A stretch of 64,000 nt of DNA, from assembly GCF_009914755.1 (NCBI RefSeq), contig NC_060928.1; one strand, given 5' to 3'. A program made the translations under genes and the position numbers. The DNA is from the human T2T-CHM13v2.0 reference genome, Homo sapiens. Positions 56,655 through 64,000 of this stretch are shown here, one piece after another; the stretch's first letter is position 1, and each line of letters opens with the position of its first letter. Below the pieces are notes generated by a model, which saw only the letters and a program-made list of their open reading frames with translations, had not been told where the DNA came from and made no database searches.

Positions 56655-57635
56655 GAGGCCAAATTACAAATTAAAACAGCATTAGTCACCCCCCAAGTTG
56701 ATTTATTTTACAGTTTTGACTAGGGATTGCTCTGCTTATGGTATGGGTAGTAGAGAGAGAGAAATAAGGTAAAGAGGGGGCATGAGGGTAGAAATCTTCC
56801 TGCTTTGTATGTCAATCACGTTGATGATTGACTTGAGAGTTGTGCTATGTTTTCCATTGCCAGAATGTACTTAGCAAAGTGTTTCAGCAACATTCCAATT
56901 TCCCTGTGAAATAATAGAGAAACACTACATTGAATTGTTGGCAGAGTCACTTGATTGATGTTCTCCAGAGCCTGAACTTCACTGATGAAGTAGTTTCAGT
57001 TTTTTTCTAATTGTTTGGAACATTGTAAAATAAAAACATAGTAGTTGATGAAAAGAGTTTTTTTTATCTACATGCAATATTCTATTCAATGGATATAACA
57101 TATCCTGACAGAGACATTGTACTAAATTTTATTTCACCAATTTGAAGATACGATATAAACACCAAATATTTGATACTCTTGCTGTGTTTTCTTAGCAATT
57201 CCATTTGTCAAGAGTCTCTTGAGAACCAGATAATGTCAGAAAAAGCTAAGTGTTTATTTTCACTGGCTTTTGCATGCATAAAACGGTTCAATATTTCAAC
57301 CTGCAAACCTATTCACCTCATTGCATTGGTAGTCTATATATTACCTTTGCACATACAATAAGAAAACAAAATCTTTAATAGTGAGTTGATGGCAGAGATG
57401 ATAAAAGAGGAACAAGCACAGAAACATGAAGACTGTATCATTAACTTTGAATCAGAGCAACATAGATCAACTCACTGATATTTCATCTTTTTATTCTTCT
57501 GTGTGGATGACAGCAAATCTTTGGTGGCTGAAATCAGGAAAGCAAGAGAGAGAATAAGAAGCCTGGATCATCCATTAGGGTAGTAGATGAGAAGTTCATA
57601 GCTTCATTTTATAAAATGTTAGAATCTTCTAGAGC

Positions 57636-57800
57636 AGAAGTTCCTACCTGGAGTGATTTTGCTCCCAGGATACATTTGGAAATACCTGAAGACATTTTTG
57701 GGTGTCACTATCGAAGGGTTGTGATGAGTACTACTGGCATCTAGCGTGTAACCCAGAATGTGCCTTAAAATGACAATAGCACCAAGATTGAGGAACACTT
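57636..57800. mobile_element. MER20 hAT-Charlie element, internally deleted
   Basis: GTGATTTTGCTCCCAGGATACATTTGGAAATACCTGAAGACATTTTTGG...TACTGGCATCTAG. Confidence 0.75.
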
Positions 57801-58112
57801 CTAAGCCAAGCTATTCATTTTACAGAAATTATATTTATGACTCATTCATCCATATCAAAATATTTATTAAAAGCCCCATTAGTCAAGGGCCCATGCTAAG
57901 TATATAAACTACAAAAATGAACCTCAATAGTTAAAAATCCTCATATCATGGGGTTTGGGGATAGAGAAGGAAGAAAGACATGTTGTGATCTATAGAAATC
58001 CTTTACATTTCCCTTTCATTCTACAAAACCTGGCATCTATAAGCCTACTAAATACTAAAGGGAAGGGATAAATGAAAGCCATTATTATTCATTGAAAGAA
58101 TAAACTCCAAAG

Positions 58113-59270
58113 TATTCAACAACTTATTTATTGAGCAATATTAGGCTCCAAGTACACCTCTAAATGTTCACCATATGGATGCTAATAAAAGAAGCAAAAA
58201 TCCTCCTCTCATGAAACTTAAGTTCTAGAAAAAGAAGATATAAAAATGAAGTAACAAGTAAATTATACAGTATGTAAAGCACTTGGTCAAAGAGTAAGAG
58301 CTGAAGAGGAAGAAAGAGGTTATTTGCCCAAAGGATTGATTTTTAGCAATAATTCCTACTAAACATTACCTGGAATCTTCATGAAAAATATGAAATCAAT
58401 GTTTATGTTTAATGGAATGCTTAAGATAGAAAAAAAAATGAATCAAGAATGAGGGTTGGGAGGACTAGGTTAGAAGCAGGGTTAAAATGTTAACTTCAGT
58501 GGTCGGAGGATAAATCAAGGAGACAGTGACATCCAAGCAAAGGCTGGAAGTGGCAGAGGCAGTGACCCACACAGATATTGGGGAAGCATTCAAGAAAGAA
58601 GGAATGATGAGTAGCACACAAGTGATCAGTGTGCCTGGAGAAGAATAAATGATAGCAACAGACAAAGAAATGGTTTTCCTTGAGATAGTGACACTGCAGG
58701 TCTGGAGGGTGGAGTTCAAATCTCAGTTCATCTTTAAGACTGGTTTTCACTCAGACTAGGGTGGGGAGCCATTGGCTGTTTCTGTTGTGGAGTGACATAT
58801 CTGACTCAAGCTGTCACACAATCATTTTTACTACTGTGTTGAGTACAGTCTGAAGCGGGGGACACCCAGAAAGGAGAGTTTAGGGCCAAAGGGAAAGAAA
58901 TAAGACTAGTTGAGAGGCTACCCGCCTCCCCTAGTTCCCAATAACTCGCGATGGTGTCTCAGACCTGGGTGGTAGGAGGGAGATCATGAAGAGTGTTTAG
59001 GTTCTGCATATATGTTGATATATTTTTAAGGTAGAGCTGAAAGAATTTGCAAGGGGTGAAAAGAAATGTGAAGTACCAGAGAGGGAGAGGCTCATGGATG
59101 GTTCTAAAATTTTGGTCCTGAGCAATTGGAGGCTTAGTTGCCATCTACAGAGACAGTGTAAACCACTGGAGGAAGATGTTGGGTTGGGTGTGGGAAGGTA
59201 ATATGAGGGGCTCAGATTCAAAATAAAATTGGTTGTGGGTCATCTACCTGAAAAAGAGCAGTAGGATTTG
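58113..59270 (-). mobile_element. L2a-like LINE relic
   Basis: ATTCAACAACTTATTTATTGAGCA (antisense L2 3' end), CTCTCATGAAACTTA, AAGGTAGAGCTGAAAGAATTTGC, TTTTGGTCCTGAGCAATTGGA. Confidence 0.7.
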
Positions 59271-61028
59271 AAATTCTCCTGAAAAATTTGGGGCAGGCAG
59301 GCAAGTTTCTCATAGCAGGTATCTACAGTCTGCATGCTTTATAATTCTCCCTTTATCTCATTTGTCCCCAAGTGTCTCTTTTGCATTTCTTTTTTGAATA
59401 GACTAATTCTCACCTATTATATTTTTTATTGTGCCTTATCTTAAGTTTGAGCTCTGGGACAGGTTTCATGTAATATAATAGTATGATCACTTCAAGTGTT
59501 GTCACACAGCAAGGTTATAAATACTGATTAAGGCATGAACAAAATGCTTCAGAGGACGTGACAATGCAGGTTCTATAACAGTAGCCTGGAGCTCACCAAT
59601 TTGGGGGTGAAATTATCTGACAGCTGGAATAATGCATTTTTGTACAAATTCAAAGATTTAAAAATCTCTTTTCCTCAATATCTTAAAAAAACACTAATAG
59701 CAAAATTAATTACTTCCCAAGTTTAGACATGTCTATCAATTAAATGGTACAAATTATTATTCAGATAAGAAATTATATAATTTAATTGAATTATATTGTC
59801 ATGTAGTATTTTTAGAAAAGTTTACCAAAAAAAAAGGTTTTTACTTTTTCTTCCTACTGTATCAGACTGAAGTTATTCTATGCTCTTTTTTTTTGTCTTG
59901 TGTTTATTTTGTTGCATTGTTTTTCTTTTGTCAGGGCTACATGGATGCTCAGAGCAAATTGCAGTTTAAAAAGAAATCCTTAAATCTTTTGAGTGTTTCT
60001 TTACCCAGAGGAAATATATAATATTAGTATCTGATTTGTAAATTGATGCATCTTGCTTATTGGTCTTCATGATTTACATGATGTCTTGAGCTAAGGGGTT
60101 TGTACAGAACTTGCACACTTCCATTCTTAGCGTCTGCAGTCCTGTTTGCCGAAAGCTATATTCTCTGACCTCCTCATAGTATCTTCTGTCCAGTGATAGT
60201 GAATGTCATTGCACTTCCCAATTTACAACTTCAGAATGGGTATGGCTAGAAGTATGAGAGCAGTTAGCTTTGCATATCGAATGCATATACTTTAAAGAAT
60301 ACAATTTGTCCTCTGCAGACCATAGAATTAAAAAATACTGCCAAATTATGTTGTTGAATTATTGATTCACCCTCTTTTATTTTTCAGTTTCATGTTTCAT
60401 GAGCATAAAGCTGATGGATATATTAGAACCTTTAATGACAGACCCTCATGATGAAACATGGGAAGAGCAGACGAGATTTCCTAGAGGTTCACTTTGTAGA
60501 AATATTTCTCACAAACAGCTCAGGGATGCACATTATATACCACAGTACAGTTTAAAAGCGTCTTGGAAACTACAGCATTATATGTTGACACTTCAGGCTA
60601 ATACAGGGTTTTCTTCTGAGTGCCTGGCACTGCTAAGATGTTATAAAGAGTTGTTTGTAGCCCTTTATAGACAAGGACAAACTTGGGAAAATTTGCAAGG
60701 CAGTGAAGTTTCCTCAAGGTATGAACCTAACTTAACATTGAGATCAGAGAGGTGTAAAGCTCTTCATTTTATTCCTCTTCCTTTCTCATTTTAAGAGAAA
60801 TATATGTGGATTCTGTTCTTGCAGGGCAGTACATTTTTAGGAAAATTATTTTTAGGCAAATTCTTTTTAGGAAATTATTTGGTAACACATTAGGACTATA
60901 AATCTACTTCCTCAGGCCTCTGCTGATGAATCTTTGTATAAAGAATGGTATCTGTTATAACCTGGGTATTATGAAGAATCACGAATACAGTGAGAGGACA
61001 CATACACACACAGAGAGAGAGAGAGAAG

Positions 61029-61393
61029 AGTCTTAGTCCTTTCTGGCTGCTCTAACAGAATCCCATAGCCTGAGTGGCTTATAAACAAGAAACATCTATT
61101 TCTTCTATTTCTAGAAGTCTAAGGAAGTCTAAAATTAAGACACTGGTAGATTCAGTGTCTGGTAAAGACCTGCTACCTGTCAAATAGATGGACATATTTT
61201 AGTTGTATCTTCACATAGTTGAAGGGAGAGGAAGGCTCACTGAGGTCTCTTTTATAAGAGCACTAATTCCATTCATAAGGGCTCAACTGCTATGGCTTAT
61301 CACCTCCTAAAGTCTGCACCTTCAAGTACCATCCCAATGGGAATTAGATTTCAACATAGGAATTTTGAGGGAACACATGCATTCAGTCTGTTG
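61029..61393 (-). mobile_element. MLT1A0-like MaLR LTR
   Basis: GTCTTAGTCC..GGCTGCT.TAACA...GGTCTCTTTTATAAGAGCACTAATTCCATTCAT...TTTCAACATAGGAATTTTGAGGG. Confidence 0.82.
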
Positions 61394-61784
61394 AAGAGTA
61401 ACAAAGAGAGAATAAAACTCAATTCTCATCCTAAAGCTTGGAAGAATAGAACAGAATCCATTGTAGTCAACCGTAAGAACATTAAACGAAGGTAAGAAGT
61501 TGTTTGACAATATCTAACACAATCAAACCAAAGATTGATAAAATTTTGTAACAGCAGAAAAGATTGTGGGTTAATATAGAATTAGTTGTATGGGGCTTCT
61601 TCAGATTGTTAATGCTAATTGATATCTGACCATCACTACCAGGCATGGAGCATATGGCTTTGGAATATATAAAATTAAAAAGAAATGTCTGTCATTAGAA
61701 GAAGAGAAAAGGTTTATATAGAAACTCTAAAATTTATAATTTTACCACTAGATTTTGAGAACTAAAATAAAATATAATGCCATC

Positions 61785-63018
<1,234 letters not shown>

Positions 63019-63072
63019 ATTGTCATATTCAATGCTTATGTGTAGCAAAATAAATATTTCTCTTTGTCTATA

Positions 63073-63423
63073 CAGTTGTGCCTTAGTACCTCTGGTGAGT
63101 GGTTCCAGGACAACCTCTATTCTCCCAAAGACACCAAAATCCAGGGACGCTCACATCCCTTGTGTGAAATGGCATAGTATTTGCATATTGCCTAAGCACA
63201 CCCTCCGAAATACTCTAAATCATCTCTAGATTACTTATAATACCAAACACAATGTAAATGCTATATAAATAGTTGTTTTATTTTATTCTTTAGGAAATAA
63301 TAAGAAAAAATCTGTACACATTCAGTACAGATGCAACCCTTGTAGGTCTGGTCTAAATATATTTTTGGTGCTATGTTGGTTGAATCCAAGGATGTGGACC
63401 TTGCAAATACAGAGGACCAATTG
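63073..63423 (+). mobile_element. MER2 (TcMar-Tigger) DNA transposon
   Basis: CAGTTG...GGTTCCAGGAC...AAATCATCTCTAGATTACTTATAATACC...TTGGTTGAATCC...CAATTG, flanked by TA on both sides. Confidence 0.85.
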
Positions 63424-64000
63424 TATATAAAATTTTTAACCATAGTTAGAACTGATGATTAGAATGTGATATGCATAATAGATGTGTTTAACATTACTAT
63501 GTGATTTGGTGAAATTTGCACTAACAATGACTTTAAAAAATTTGAAACTATAACTTATTCCGCTTTTTTCTATATCTCAGTACATGTATGCTACAGTAAA
63601 CCTCTTCTTTAGAATGGAAACAGTTCAGATCCAGCCATGTCATAGATCCATTCAGATCCTCTGCAATGGGTACAGCCCGCTCAAAATAAAAGAAAGCAAG
63701 GCTTTGAAACAAAATTATTTTATCTTTTAATCCACCAGTACCTTGCAAATGCAGTATTTGGCACACAGTACTCATACAATGTATGTCCAAAATGCAAGAA
63801 TTCATGCATATTTAATGATTTTTATGATGTTTGTAATATTCATGTTTACTCTGTGATGAAACTAATCTGTAAATCAATGTTAACATCCCAAACTGCTTCC
63901 TGTAATTTACTTGAAACACTTCAGAAAATGACAATGATATTTATGTAAACCTTCAGCTCTTAACTTCAATTCATGACATATTTAATTTAGCTAGACAAAT

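Noticed and set aside
60399-60794. 131-aa ATG ORF in unique DNA behind an acceptor-like tract
   Set aside because: No recognisable domain, codon bias or promoter context; one ORF of this length in 64 kb is compatible with chance. tBLASTn/PhyloCSF would settle it.

Overview
AT-rich, CpG-poor primate genomic DNA (probably catarrhine/hominoid, given an AluY and a young L1PA 3' end). It looks intergenic or deep-intronic and is dominated by interspersed repeats. I find no intact protein-coding gene, tRNA/rRNA gene or CRISPR array. The long ORFs in the track are decayed retroviral or L1 fragments, or artefacts of simple repeats. The main element is a ~7.5 kb defective HERV9 provirus (16591-24079). 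It has two 602-bp LTR12-type LTRs, a tRNA-Arg primer-binding site, decayed gag/pro/RT/RNase H, no integrase or SU, and an env TM remnant. It sits at the terminus of an MLT2A (HERV-L) LTR, which itself interrupts an L1. Also present are MaLR and ERV1 solo LTRs, L1s of several ages (one 5'-inverted, one scrambled), five Alus, DNA-transposon fossils, L2/MIR relics, a CpG-retaining minisatellite rich in E-boxes, and several short perfect hairpins and tandem duplications. I see no convincing new biological system; the findings are structural, evolutionary or regulatory curiosities. Repeat subfamily names come from my recollection of consensus sequences and need RepeatMasker/Dfam confirmation.
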